The notes under the pieces were generated by a model that was not told the origin of the DNA, searched no databases, and was given only the letters and a program-made list of their open reading frames with translations. Both the position numbers and the translations under genes were made by a program. A stretch of DNA of 57,649 nt from Patescibacteria group bacterium UBA924 (lineage in GTDB: Bacteria; Patescibacteriota; Microgenomatia; UBA1400; PJMF01), in the NCBI GenBank assembly GCA_002293725.1, contig DBDU01000006.1, positions 1 through 57,649 of the forward strand, read 5' to 3'. Below are positions 17,358 through 26,565 of this stretch, in pieces (positions within the stretch are counted from its first letter, which is position 1; each line of letters opens with the position of its first letter).

Positions 17358-19772
17358 ATGAAACCAGATAACCTTACGACATCTTTACTCTGGGCTAGCA
17401 ACTCGTTTCTCCTTGACTCTCTGTATGAACAAGCTCCCCTTGGACTGTGTATCGTAGATGAGAAGTTACGCTTCATTAAAGTGAGTAAGTATCTTGCTCT
17501 TTCCATCAATGGAAAGAGCGTTGAAGAGCATGTGGGAAGGACAGTTACTCAGGTTTTTGGGAAGAAGGCCGGGGCTATCTTTAAGCCTTATTTTCAACGT
17601 GCGCTACAAGGTGAGTATCTGCACGATGTCCATATTAGCATCGATACATCATCACATCCTTTAGATGAAAGACATTTTTTATTAACTCTCTACCCACTTC
17701 CTAAAATTAAAGAAGGGAAGTTAGTTGGATGTTTACTCCAAGAAGTTACCAAACAGTTTGAGGACGAAGAAAAGATTTTCAGCTATCAAAATCGATTAGA
17801 GATGGCACAAGCGGCAGGTGGAGTTGGCGTCTTTGAGTGGAACTTTGATACTAACGAGGTTTGGTCTTCACCTGAAGAAATTGAGCTCTTCGAACTCAAT
17901 GTAGGCTCCGCTGAAGGAAAGCTAGAACATTGGTTAAATAGAATTCACCCTGAGGACAAAGCTAGAATTTTGGACTTGATCGAAACCTCATCAGAAGAAA
18001 GACAACGCTTTGACACTGAGTTTCGTATAGTGCTCCCGAATGGACAAACTAAGTGGATTAGAGGTAAAGGAAAGTTCTTTTACGATAAAGACAACGAAGT
18101 GACTAAGTTGATTGGTGTGAACTACGACGTCACTAAACGTAAAAAAGAAGAAGAGTTTTTGAAGTTTAAAGCCGACGCCAGTCGTTTGTTAATGTCCACA
18201 GCTGATTCCAAAAAAGTCTTCCAACAAGTCTGTAAATTGGCGATTCAGCACGTTGCTGACTGGTGCAGCATTGATATTCTCGACTCAGAGACAGGCATAT
18301 TTAGGCAAGAGGCAGTCTGTCATAAAGATCCGAAAAAAACACAGTGGGCAATAGCGCTGCGGAAAAAAGAACCAGTGACCTTAAAGAACAGTGAAGGACT
18401 AGCTCAAGTCATCGAAACCAAACAACCACTATTCGTTCCTCAAATTCATATCAACTTACCTCAGTTTAAAAAACTTAACAAAAAAAAGAAAAAAACGCTT
18501 AGCGAGCTCAATCTGAGCTCAGCAATTATCGTCCCTTTAGTTATTCAAGGAAAAGCCATTGGAGCTATTACGTTTGTACTGGCAGAAACACAAGACTACT
18601 ACACCGATGATGACTTAGAACTGATGCAACAGCTGGCTATGCGAGCCTCCCTTTATCTCGAAAATACTAAGCTATACGAAACTCTTAAGTCGGAGCAAGA
18701 AAGATTTACCAAGTTACTTGAGAACGTTCCCAGTATGGTATTCGAGTCTCGTGGACATATTACAAACCCGGGATACATTACCACTTTTATTAATGCGTAT
18801 GCTGAAGAGCTTTTAGGTTATCCACTAAAAAAATGGTTAACTACTCCCAAGTTTGGTATTAAGCTCATTCATCCTGAAGATAAAGAAAGAGTCTTGGCAG
18901 AAGCACGAAAAGTTTTTGACACAGGAGCCAAAGGCTTAGTTCGTTTTCGTTGGCGACGAAAAGATCGTTCATACATTTGGGTAGAAGCAAGGTATGCCCT
19001 GATTACTGATAATCAAGGAAGAGCTTTGGGATTACGTGGAGTGATCAATGATATTTCTGAGCGAATGAAGCTTGAGCAACGAAAAGACAACTTTATTGCC
19101 ACGGCAAGTCACGAACTCAAGACGCCACTTACTAGTTTAAAAGTCTTCACCCAAGTAATTAAGTCCAACCCCGAAATAAAAAAGGTCGCTAAGCTTTCAC
19201 AGTACCTGGATCGAATGGATCGAGAGGTAGATCGGCTAACCGAGTTGGTTTTTGACTTGCTAGATCTTTCAAAGATTCAGCGCGGACAACTCTCTATAGA
19301 TAAAAAGGATATCTCCATTGTTGAGCTTGTCCAAGACATGATCCAAAGTCTTCAACCAACTCTCAAGCATACTCTTTGCCTAGTTTCTGATGACGATGCT
19401 ATTGTCTCTGCAGACGCGCATCGATTACGACAAGTGTTTAGCAATCTCATTTCTAATGCGGCAAAGTACTCTCCACAAAAAAAGGAAATTCGGATCTCAA
19501 TTCAAAAAGACGGCCAATACGTCACTGTTGGTGTTCAAGACTTTGGGATTGGAATTGCTCCTCAATATAAAGATCATATTTTTCAAAGATTTTTCCGTGT
19601 CTTTGACGAAGCGGACAAAACATTTCCAGGCTTAGGAATGGGGCTTTTTATCTCTAAAACAATTGTTGAGCGACACGGTGGACAGATTTGGGTGGAGAGC
19701 CAAATCCAAAAAGGATCAACCTTTTTTGTACGTTTGCCAAACGTGAAGCTCAGTAAGGAGGAAGATGAGTAA
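17358..19772 (+). CDS. Cytoplasmic PAS-PAS-GAF-PAS sensor histidine kinase
   Basis: PAS motifs IHPED (x2), GAF VADWC/AIIVPL, ASHELKTPLT, NLISNAAKYS, DFGIGI, GLGMGL; start MKPDN follows TATAAT. Confidence 0.93.
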   Translation: MKPDNLTTSLLWASNSFLLDSLYEQAPLGLCIVDEKLRFIKVSKYLALSINGKSVEEHVGRTVTQVFGKKAGAIFKPYFQRALQGEYLHDVHISIDTSSHPLDERHFLLTLYPLPKIKEGKLVGCLLQEVTKQFEDEEKIFSYQNRLEMAQAAGGVGVFEWNFDTNEVWSSPEEIELFELNVGSAEGKLEHWLNRIHPEDKARILDLIETSSEERQRFDTEFRIVLPNGQTKWIRGKGKFFYDKDNEVTKLIGVNYDVTKRKKEEEFLKFKADASRLLMSTADSKKVFQQVCKLAIQHVADWCSIDILDSETGIFRQEAVCHKDPKKTQWAIALRKKEPVTLKNSEGLAQVIETKQPLFVPQIHINLPQFKKLNKKKKKTLSELNLSSAIIVPLVIQGKAIGAITFVLAETQDYYTDDDLELMQQLAMRASLYLENTKLYETLKSEQERFTKLLENVPSMVFESRGHITNPGYITTFINAYAEELLGYPLKKWLTTPKFGIKLIHPEDKERVLAEARKVFDTGAKGLVRFRWRRKDRSYIWVEARYALITDNQGRALGLRGVINDISERMKLEQRKDNFIATASHELKTPLTSLKVFTQVIKSNPEIKKVAKLSQYLDRMDREVDRLTELVFDLLDLSKIQRGQLSIDKKDISIVELVQDMIQSLQPTLKHTLCLVSDDDAIVSADAHRLRQVFSNLISNAAKYSPQKKEIRISIQKDGQYVTVGVQDFGIGIAPQYKDHIFQRFFRVFDEADKTFPGLGMGLFISKTIVERHGGQIWVESQIQKGSTFFVRLPNVKLSKEEDE

Positions 19773-20118
19773 GATCGCAATCATCGATGATGATAAAGGA
19801 GTAATTGAAGCGCTGCAGGCCGCATTGGAGTTATGGGGACATGAAAGCGTTGGCATTCAAGATACTCAAAAAGTTCTCTTACAGTTAAAAAAGTTTCAGC
19901 CTGACATTATCTTTTTAGACCTACTTCTCTCGGGAGTAGATGGGGCGCAAGTGACGCAGACGATTAGAAAAGAAAAGAAATTTGCTCATACCCCGATCAT
20001 CTTAATGTCGGCCCATCCTACTGCCAAAGAGATCTCTCAGCAAATTCAAGTAAATGGGTTTTTACCTAAGCCATTTACGCTGGATGCTCTTCAAAAACTG
20101 CTTACCTCCTTGCAATAG
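19765..20118 (+). CDS. Single-domain response regulator (receiver)
   Basis: IIDDD, IFLDLLL, LMSA, FLPKPF. Confidence 0.92.
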   Translation: MSKIAIIDDDKGVIEALQAALELWGHESVGIQDTQKVLLQLKKFQPDIIFLDLLLSGVDGAQVTQTIRKEKKFAHTPIILMSAHPTAKEISQQIQVNGFLPKPFTLDALQKLLTSLQ

Positions 20119-20632
20119 TTCCCAAGTATCGCCACATTTTGTCTGTCGCTTTTGTAATTCCCACCCTGGTAGTTTGTTGCACATTTTCTAGCGTATATCC
20201 CCAATCCTCCACCCAAATATAACTTTTTTGTTCGGTTATTTTGTAACCCGATTGTGCTCTAGTAAAACCAAAAAACTTTCCTACTCTTCCGGGTCCTGTA
20301 AGTACGTGTTCGTCAGGTAAAGTAGTCACGGCTCGAATAAGCACTGCGCCTCCTTCTCCTTTATCCCCAGCTGAGATGTTGAAACAGTGATGCATTCCAT
20401 AGATCAAGTAAACGTACGAATAACCACCTTGCTCATACATTGGCCAGTTTCGCGGCGTTTTTCCCTTATGAGCATGTGAGGCTGCATCATCTATACCCCC
20501 ATATGCTTCGGTTTCAGTGATGATAGCCTGCTTCCGCTGGTCACCTTGTTCATAGATTAATACCTTACCTAATAGCTCTTCAGCCAGTGTCGTAACCGAG
20601 CGACAAAAGAAGTCTTGAGGAAGCATTTTCAT
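20102..20632 (-). CDS. mpg: DNA-3-methyladenine glycosylase, AAG/MPG family
   Basis: ITETEAYGG, YVYLIYGMHHCFN, AVLIRA, GPG, RVGI. Confidence 0.92.
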   Translation of the reverse strand: MKMLPQDFFCRSVTTLAEELLGKVLIYEQGDQRKQAIITETEAYGGIDDAASHAHKGKTPRNWPMYEQGGYSYVYLIYGMHHCFNISAGDKGEGGAVLIRAVTTLPDEHVLTGPGRVGKFFGFTRAQSGYKITEQKSYIWVEDWGYTLENVQQTTRVGITKATDKMWRYLGTIARR

Positions 20633-20692
20633 GGAATGTGACATAGCTAGCTGCGAGCATAGCATCTCTTTGCTATACTTCGCACTGTATCT

Positions 20693-20775
20693 GGAGGCGT
20701 CGCATAGCGGCCATTGCAGCGGTTTACTAAACCGCCGACCGTAAGGTCTCGTGGGTTCGAGTCCCTCCGCCTCCG
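20693..20775 (+). tRNA. tRNA-Ser, anticodon ACT (class II, long variable arm)
   Basis: Acceptor GGAGGCG/CGCCTCC, D stem GCA/TGC, anticodon stem GCGGT/ACCGC with loop TTACTAA, variable arm GACC-GTAA-GGTC, T arm GTGGG-TTCGAGT-CCCTC, G73 discriminator; CCA not encoded; TGcTATACT promoter upstream. Confidence 0.92.
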
Positions 20776-20815
20776 CCCTATGTAGCTATACTTAGGTAAT
20801 GACTGAAGGTACTTT

Positions 20816-21670
20816 GTGACTGAGCTACAAACTTTATCAAAAGAAAAAGTTGCTGAACAAAAACCCGTTCGATTACGTTGGTCTGAGCTATTGGAAAAAA
20901 AACTTTTCGTTAAAGAGCAGTTGGGAATACTGATTGCCTTTCTACTGCTCGCTGCTGCTGCAGTAGCTCCACAGTCATTAGTTTCCGCAGAAGAAGTTGA
21001 AGACTTCATTTGCGACGTTGAGCTCCAAGTCGAGGAAGCGAGTAAAATCACTCACGTTACTTGTCATGGTATTGATGGAAGTGTTGTGACTATTGATTTA
21101 GAGTTTTTTGTTAGTGATGTTCCTGAAGTTCCCTACAGCGAAGATCAACTCTCCCACCCACCTTCATCGACAATGGAGTACACTTCTCCTGTTAACAACA
21201 TCAATTTCAACTGTCATAGCCTTACTCTTCAGCTGCTGGAAGAAAGAGTTGGAATCGAGTTCGGGGGAGATCGGAATTCATGGCTGCAAACTGGCTTCGA
21301 CCAATTTGTAGCCCAATTCTCTGAAAAAATAGTTGAAACGGACACGTTTGAAGCGCGTTTCAACACCAACATTATTGATCCCGAACTGCTTCATATTGGT
21401 GATATTGTGCTGTTCTATCACGGTTCAGGAAGACTGTTACACTCTGCTACTGTCAGAGAGTTTACGACTGGTGAAGACGGTGAAAGATTAGCGTTGATTG
21501 AAAACAAGCTTGGACAGGCCCAAGAGACTACAGGAACGATAGGTGACATCGCTCGTTACTATGAACTAGGTGGAGAGTACGAAGAAGAGTGGCTTATTGG
21601 TGGTGGTAGAATCGTCGTTTACACCCCAAATGTAGAACAGATGCAGGAAGCGTTCTCCTCGTCAGGATAA
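20816..21670 (+). CDS. Exported acidic protein with papain/NlpC-P60-like Cys-His motifs
   Basis: Hydrophobic signal/TM; NFNCHSLT and GDIVLFYHGSGRLLHSATV. Confidence 0.55.
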   Translation: MTELQTLSKEKVAEQKPVRLRWSELLEKKLFVKEQLGILIAFLLLAAAAVAPQSLVSAEEVEDFICDVELQVEEASKITHVTCHGIDGSVVTIDLEFFVSDVPEVPYSEDQLSHPPSSTMEYTSPVNNINFNCHSLTLQLLEERVGIEFGGDRNSWLQTGFDQFVAQFSEKIVETDTFEARFNTNIIDPELLHIGDIVLFYHGSGRLLHSATVREFTTGEDGERLALIENKLGQAQETTGTIGDIARYYELGGEYEEEWLIGGGRIVVYTPNVEQMQEAFSSSG

Positions 21671-21697
21671 GCGGTAATCAACCCCTAAAGAAACCTC

Positions 21698-23767
21698 ATG
21701 AAAAATGCTTATACTCATGCCCTTATTTCTGAAATCCACCAATTTAATGCCTCTCCAAGTGCAGAGATTTCGATTGCGGAAGGTACTGCGTATACTGAGT
21801 CTTTAGCCACCGAAATTATGTTGGAGAGCATGAAGCTTGCCCAACGCATTGGTGTCTTTCCTCAATTCCCAACTTTATCTACAGACAGTCCCTATCAATA
21901 CCTCGTTTTTGATGCCCCGTTACTTTCTGGGGTAGTTAATACACCAATCTACTTCCTACGAGGATGGAGTGCCTTTGATAGTTGTGTCAAAGGCTTTAAT
22001 GCCATGGGCTTAATGGCCGACCAAGTTAAACATGAGCTCCAGCGTATAGAACAGCTCTCTACTTCTGCGCTCCTTCAACTGAAAAAAAAGTTTCTTCTTT
22101 CTCGTAAAGATCAGCTGTTAAAGCCACTCTGGACCAAAAAAGAAGTAGGCGAACTTAAAGAGGATCAGTTGAAAACTATTTCAACTTACGATCTAGCGGT
22201 TTGGCAGAGCTTCGCCCAACGACCAGTCGTCTGTTCTACATCTTCAAACATGGGCATTTCGTGCCACCAAGCTTTGAGGTTGATGCAAGATACTTTCATT
22301 GAGTTTGGGGGGAAGAAGCTGCCACTTTTGAATAAAGACGAAGGTCGGTTGATTATTTGGGCACCCGATCCCCGCGCCGACTTCATGAATGAAGAGAAGA
22401 CATTCTTACTCCAACAACTCGAAAAAGAACAGCCTGCCTTAACCACGATTACCACATATGTTAATCGCCAACAAAGAGATCCAGGTGCACTCCGTGATGC
22501 GCTCTTAACCGGCGGGTACTTCTTCCCTACCAACCCCCAGTCCAAAGAAGAGCTCCAGAATCTACTTTTTATCTCATTTGAACAACTACAAAAAGAACGA
22601 CAACAAACACTCACAGAGCTGATTGCTGATCCACTTATTCAACAGACTTTGGCCAGTCTTCACTGCAAAGTTTTAGCTGACAAGATTGAAGTTCACTTAG
22701 GAATTGAGAGTGGACTATATGGATTGATGATTCCTTACTTTGTGATGATTGAAGAGATATTGGTTCGATACCAAGTTAAGCAAGTTATCACTTGGAACCA
22801 AGCCTCCATTGGTGCCGCACTGGCTGCGGCCGTTTATGCAGATCGAGTATTGCGGGACTTCTCGACACTCTCACAATCTGAACAGCAAACTTTCGAGAAG
22901 TACTTCCCGCTGACAGTGAGGTACATGCAGCAGCACTCAATTGGAAGAGATTTACGCACCGAAGTTCACGGTGTATTTGACATCGCTAACTTACAGTCAT
23001 TAGCTCAACTTTTAGAAGTCACAGTCAAAAACCACTTATCTGGCAGAGCTACGGCGTATGTAGGGCTAGGATCCAGCTCATACTCCAATGGCAATAGATG
23101 CTTTGAAATTCTCAAACAGAGCATGGAAGAAAACGGTTCATTTAAAGGGAAGTCAACTTTCCATCCTACTACGCACACTCTTACTCCATTTGCTCAAGCA
23201 CTGATCTTTGGCGAAGAAGTATATAGATTTTTGGTCTTACAACCTGAGTCTGCAAAGGACAAAGAGGTAGATCTCCATCAAATAAAACAGTTTGTGCACA
23301 AGCCTGAACCAGCCGGAGCAGCCTCAGTTTCTGGTTACCTTTTAACACAACTTGATGCTGGGGAGCTGTCAGTTTTTGAACTCGCGTATGCTTTGCAACT
23401 TGTCGGATTCTCTTCTGAGCGATTTCTTCACTTTCATGGTTACAAAGATGCTGAAGAAGGCAAACATCTGTTTACTCAACTTGCATTTGAAGAAGGTGAG
23501 CTGATGGGTAACTTTGCACAAACCATGTTAGTTCTCTTAGACTGGCCAGCAGAAAAGCTACAGCAACTGATGAATGAGGAGAAACAAAAAAGCCTTTCCA
23601 AAAAGAAGCCTGATTTCTCACACGGAACGTGTCTGTATTTGACTGGTGATAACTGTTTCCAACCATCTGATGAGCTGCTTTTAGAGGTCGTTAGGTACAC
23701 TGCTCAAAATCGCGATAGAATCGAACAATATAGCAAACTTTATATTGATCTATCAAATAAAAAATAA
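21698..23767 (+). CDS. Large divergent PLP-dependent fold-type II-like protein
   Basis: CVKGFNA (candidate PLP Lys), STSSNMG, QASIGAALAA, EPAGAASVSG, LYLTGDN in the canonical order. Confidence 0.6.
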   Translation: MKNAYTHALISEIHQFNASPSAEISIAEGTAYTESLATEIMLESMKLAQRIGVFPQFPTLSTDSPYQYLVFDAPLLSGVVNTPIYFLRGWSAFDSCVKGFNAMGLMADQVKHELQRIEQLSTSALLQLKKKFLLSRKDQLLKPLWTKKEVGELKEDQLKTISTYDLAVWQSFAQRPVVCSTSSNMGISCHQALRLMQDTFIEFGGKKLPLLNKDEGRLIIWAPDPRADFMNEEKTFLLQQLEKEQPALTTITTYVNRQQRDPGALRDALLTGGYFFPTNPQSKEELQNLLFISFEQLQKERQQTLTELIADPLIQQTLASLHCKVLADKIEVHLGIESGLYGLMIPYFVMIEEILVRYQVKQVITWNQASIGAALAAAVYADRVLRDFSTLSQSEQQTFEKYFPLTVRYMQQHSIGRDLRTEVHGVFDIANLQSLAQLLEVTVKNHLSGRATAYVGLGSSSYSNGNRCFEILKQSMEENGSFKGKSTFHPTTHTLTPFAQALIFGEEVYRFLVLQPESAKDKEVDLHQIKQFVHKPEPAGAASVSGYLLTQLDAGELSVFELAYALQLVGFSSERFLHFHGYKDAEEGKHLFTQLAFEEGELMGNFAQTMLVLLDWPAEKLQQLMNEEKQKSLSKKKPDFSHGTCLYLTGDNCFQPSDELLLEVVRYTAQNRDRIEQYSKLYIDLSNKK

Positions 23768-23772
23768 ATGAT

Positions 23773-25305
23773 TTAGTGAGTATTGCGCAGAGTAAGATCC
23801 ATTGGACTGACTCTGACCAATGATTCAAAAGCAACTTGTTGGAACTCGGCGATACTGCTCACATTTTGGAAAACCAAACTTAAAATGGCATCACCATTTA
23901 ACAAATAGTAATTATGTAAAAGCGTTGGAACCTCCACCCGATCGTAGTTCATATTTGCCTCAGTTGTCTGTCCCTCAACATATTGGATAACCCCAAATGG
24001 ACCACCTCTTCCACCCATGTACTTTACCCGTGCAGAAGCTTCCCCGCCGTACGGCTTAAACATACTTTTACTATCTTTAAAGTATAACCAGCCACCAGGT
24101 GACTCAACTGCTCCACCTGAAACAGATCGTGTTACCCCAATTCCACTCGCACCTACCGCGAGTGTTTGTGCAATGGCGTCACTGGCTCCACCTTCCACGA
24201 TAACTGGGATTTTCAGTTGACCTCTCAACTGCTCAACCAGTTGCGGCCAGTTAATTGCTAAACCACTACGTACACCTGTAATACATCTACCTCCACCGCC
24301 AATTCCTACGTACACACCGTTAGCTCCGTGATCCTGAAGTGAGACTGCTTGGTCGACACTAATCACTTGGCCAGCAAAAATCTCTATCTTTTCCCAGTTA
24401 TTCTGTCGTTGAATTTGACGCAGCTTCGTAACAGTCCAAATAAGATCTGTGCCAGGTTCAGGCGAGTAAACACGAAAAGTACGAATACCGGCAGCGTAGA
24501 GTTGTTCTGCACGTGGAATAGCCTTCTTTGCCGAAGGCTCGAGCACTCCCATTAAGTTGTGTTTCCAGAGTTTTAAAAGCTGAGCTTGTTCTGCTGCCGA
24601 ACGACCTATGAGGACTGGACTTTTCTCAATCCACTCAAAAGCTTTCTTTGCTAGATCTACTTGTCTTTGGATGTCAGTGAAGAGTCCATCACGAGGTATG
24701 CCCACTAATGAGTGAGCTTGTGCCATTGCAGCTAAGGCCGGTGCTGCCCCCCAGCTTTCAGGATTTGCAGAGCCACACAAAATACTTCGAGCTTGAGTTC
24801 CTAACTTAATGAAAGGGCCTTCAAGTAAACGTTGAGTTCGGCTAGAGCGCGGCCTGTCGGCTCCTTGGGCCTGAAGTGCTAGATCCGTAATGGCAATAGC
24901 CCGTCGTTCTGCCTCTGCCTGCACAAAGATTGGCTGAGCTCTTTTAATACTTGGGGGTACAAAGGGCTGATTATGTACGCGCAGTAATGCTTTGATACGT
25001 TCGGGATGATTGAGTAGCTCAAGGTAATACAGAGCTGTACGTTGGGTGGAATCAAATACTTCTTCATCCAGCTTGGCAATTTTGGCTTTTTTGGAACGAT
25101 CACTGTCGTAGGGAGTACGAATAAGCCCTTGAGATGGATATGCTTTTTTCGGATCAGTTTGACTCTCGCGCTCGTACTCTTGACGCACCCAATCTTGATG
25201 ACCTTTTTGTTGCAAAAGCTCCATTTTTTTGTGAATGAAGTTCTCAGCGACTTCAGGCTGTCTGAGTAAGCTTTCGAATGATGGAAGAACAAGTTTACTA
25301 CCCAT
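23773..25305 (-). CDS. Divergent IMP dehydrogenase/GMP reductase family protein
   Basis: IFAGQV, VYVGIGGGGRCITG, PVIVEGG, ESPG, KPYGGEAS, VEG. Confidence 0.75.
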   Translation of the reverse strand: MGSKLVLPSFESLLRQPEVAENFIHKKMELLQQKGHQDWVRQEYERESQTDPKKAYPSQGLIRTPYDSDRSKKAKIAKLDEEVFDSTQRTALYYLELLNHPERIKALLRVHNQPFVPPSIKRAQPIFVQAEAERRAIAITDLALQAQGADRPRSSRTQRLLEGPFIKLGTQARSILCGSANPESWGAAPALAAMAQAHSLVGIPRDGLFTDIQRQVDLAKKAFEWIEKSPVLIGRSAAEQAQLLKLWKHNLMGVLEPSAKKAIPRAEQLYAAGIRTFRVYSPEPGTDLIWTVTKLRQIQRQNNWEKIEIFAGQVISVDQAVSLQDHGANGVYVGIGGGGRCITGVRSGLAINWPQLVEQLRGQLKIPVIVEGGASDAIAQTLAVGASGIGVTRSVSGGAVESPGGWLYFKDSKSMFKPYGGEASARVKYMGGRGGPFGVIQYVEGQTTEANMNYDRVEVPTLLHNYYLLNGDAILSLVFQNVSSIAEFQQVAFESLVRVSPMDLTLRNTH

Positions 25306-25348
25306 AGAGTCGTTGTCCGAACAGATCATAACATACTATAATAAATGC

Positions 25349-25846
25349 ATGACCAACAAAGCTCTTCTCCTGTTCAGTGGTTTCTTTGTGATCATTATTT
25401 TGGTTATCTTCGCGGCATACCTCGACCTGCGGAAAGCTCATCTTCGTCGTTCACCTGCACCAGCTGAGTTTCAGGACCAAACTCTTCTGAATGTCTCTCC
25501 AAGCCCTGATGCCGTAGTCGGGCTCGCAAATCCAGCTTCCCAAAACTGCGTTGCCAAAGGTGGTAGCACTGTGATTCAAAAACGCGGTGATGGTGGTGAG
25601 TATGGACTGTGTATGTTCGAGGATGGTTATGCTTGTGAAGAGTGGGCCTTAATGAATAATGACTGCCCTGTCGGAGGTGTGCGGACAACTGGCTTTGACA
25701 CAATCGCTCAAAAGTACTGCGCTTGGTTGGGTGGACAGACTCTTGCCGAAGCATATGCCGTCTGTACCTTTGATGATGGCTCTACTTGTGATGATGAAGC
25801 GTTGTACGAGGGTAAGTGTCAAAAGGGACAGAATCCCAGTAATTAA
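25349..25846 (+). CDS. DUF333-repeat membrane-anchored Cys-rich protein
   Basis: GLANPASQNCVAKGG...CEEWAL and a second repeat YCAWLGG...CTFDDGSTC. Confidence 0.85.
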   Translation: MTNKALLLFSGFFVIIILVIFAAYLDLRKAHLRRSPAPAEFQDQTLLNVSPSPDAVVGLANPASQNCVAKGGSTVIQKRGDGGEYGLCMFEDGYACEEWALMNNDCPVGGVRTTGFDTIAQKYCAWLGGQTLAEAYAVCTFDDGSTCDDEALYEGKCQKGQNPSN

Positions 25847-25857
25847 CTTTTTTCCTC

Positions 25858-26565
25858 ATGTCACTTCTTTCTTCTCTCCTTCTCAAATCACTTAAAAGTT
25901 TTGTGACTACTCATTTAAATATTAGTTGGCCATATGCTTTGAAGTCGTACTCGCAAGAGGGTGAAGATATCGTCTTAAGAAAGTTATTTGATGGCCAAAG
26001 TAATGGTTTTTATGTAGATGTAGGAGCGCATCATCCTTTTCGTTACTCAAATACCCAATACTTCTATGAACAGGGTTGGCAAGGAATTAACATTGATGCC
26101 ACTCCTGGCAGCTTAGAGAACTTTCGACGAACTCGTCATCGAGACATTAACATTGAAGCGGTAGTCGGTGAGACTAGTGGTGAAGTTAGCTACTATCTTT
26201 TTGAAGACCCTGCTCTGAATACCATGTCAGCTAAAAAAGCAAAAGAGACCGAAGAATACCAACAATCTCGTTTACTAAAGACTGTCAAACTCCCACTCTC
26301 TCGAATAGATAAAATCTTAGATCGTAATCTTCCAGTGGGGGCAAGTATTGATTTCATGTCGATTGATGTGGAAGGTAGTGAGCTAGAGGTCTTGCGCTCA
26401 AATAACTGGCAAAAGTATCGACCTACGATCATTGTCGTGGAAGCACTTTCCAATGCTTCTTTAAAGGAGTTGTTTGACTCACCGTTAGTTATCTTTTTAG
26501 AGCGCGAGAACTACGCTTTTGTGGGTAGAACAATCAACTCTTTATACTTTCGTAGAAGTGATTAG
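25858..26565 (+). CDS. FkbM-family methyltransferase
   Basis: YSQEGED, YVDVGAHHP, SNT, IDFMSIDVEGSE, PTIIVVE. Confidence 0.92.
   Translation: MSLLSSLLLKSLKSFVTTHLNISWPYALKSYSQEGEDIVLRKLFDGQSNGFYVDVGAHHPFRYSNTQYFYEQGWQGINIDATPGSLENFRRTRHRDINIEAVVGETSGEVSYYLFEDPALNTMSAKKAKETEEYQQSRLLKTVKLPLSRIDKILDRNLPVGASIDFMSIDVEGSELEVLRSNNWQKYRPTIIVVEALSNASLKELFDSPLVIFLERENYAFVGRTINSLYFRRSD

Noticed and set aside
20726-20728. AGA/AGG reassignment to Ser suggested by tRNA-Ser(ACT)
   Set aside because: AGA and AGG occupy conserved Arg positions at 16511, 33441 and 54373
20647-21051. 134-aa minus-strand ORF
   Set aside because: Antisense shadow of the tRNA (RRRRDSNPR) and of the 20816 gene
20775-25330. tRNA-anchored genomic island or prophage
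   Set aside because: No integrase and no repeat of the tRNA 3' end was seen
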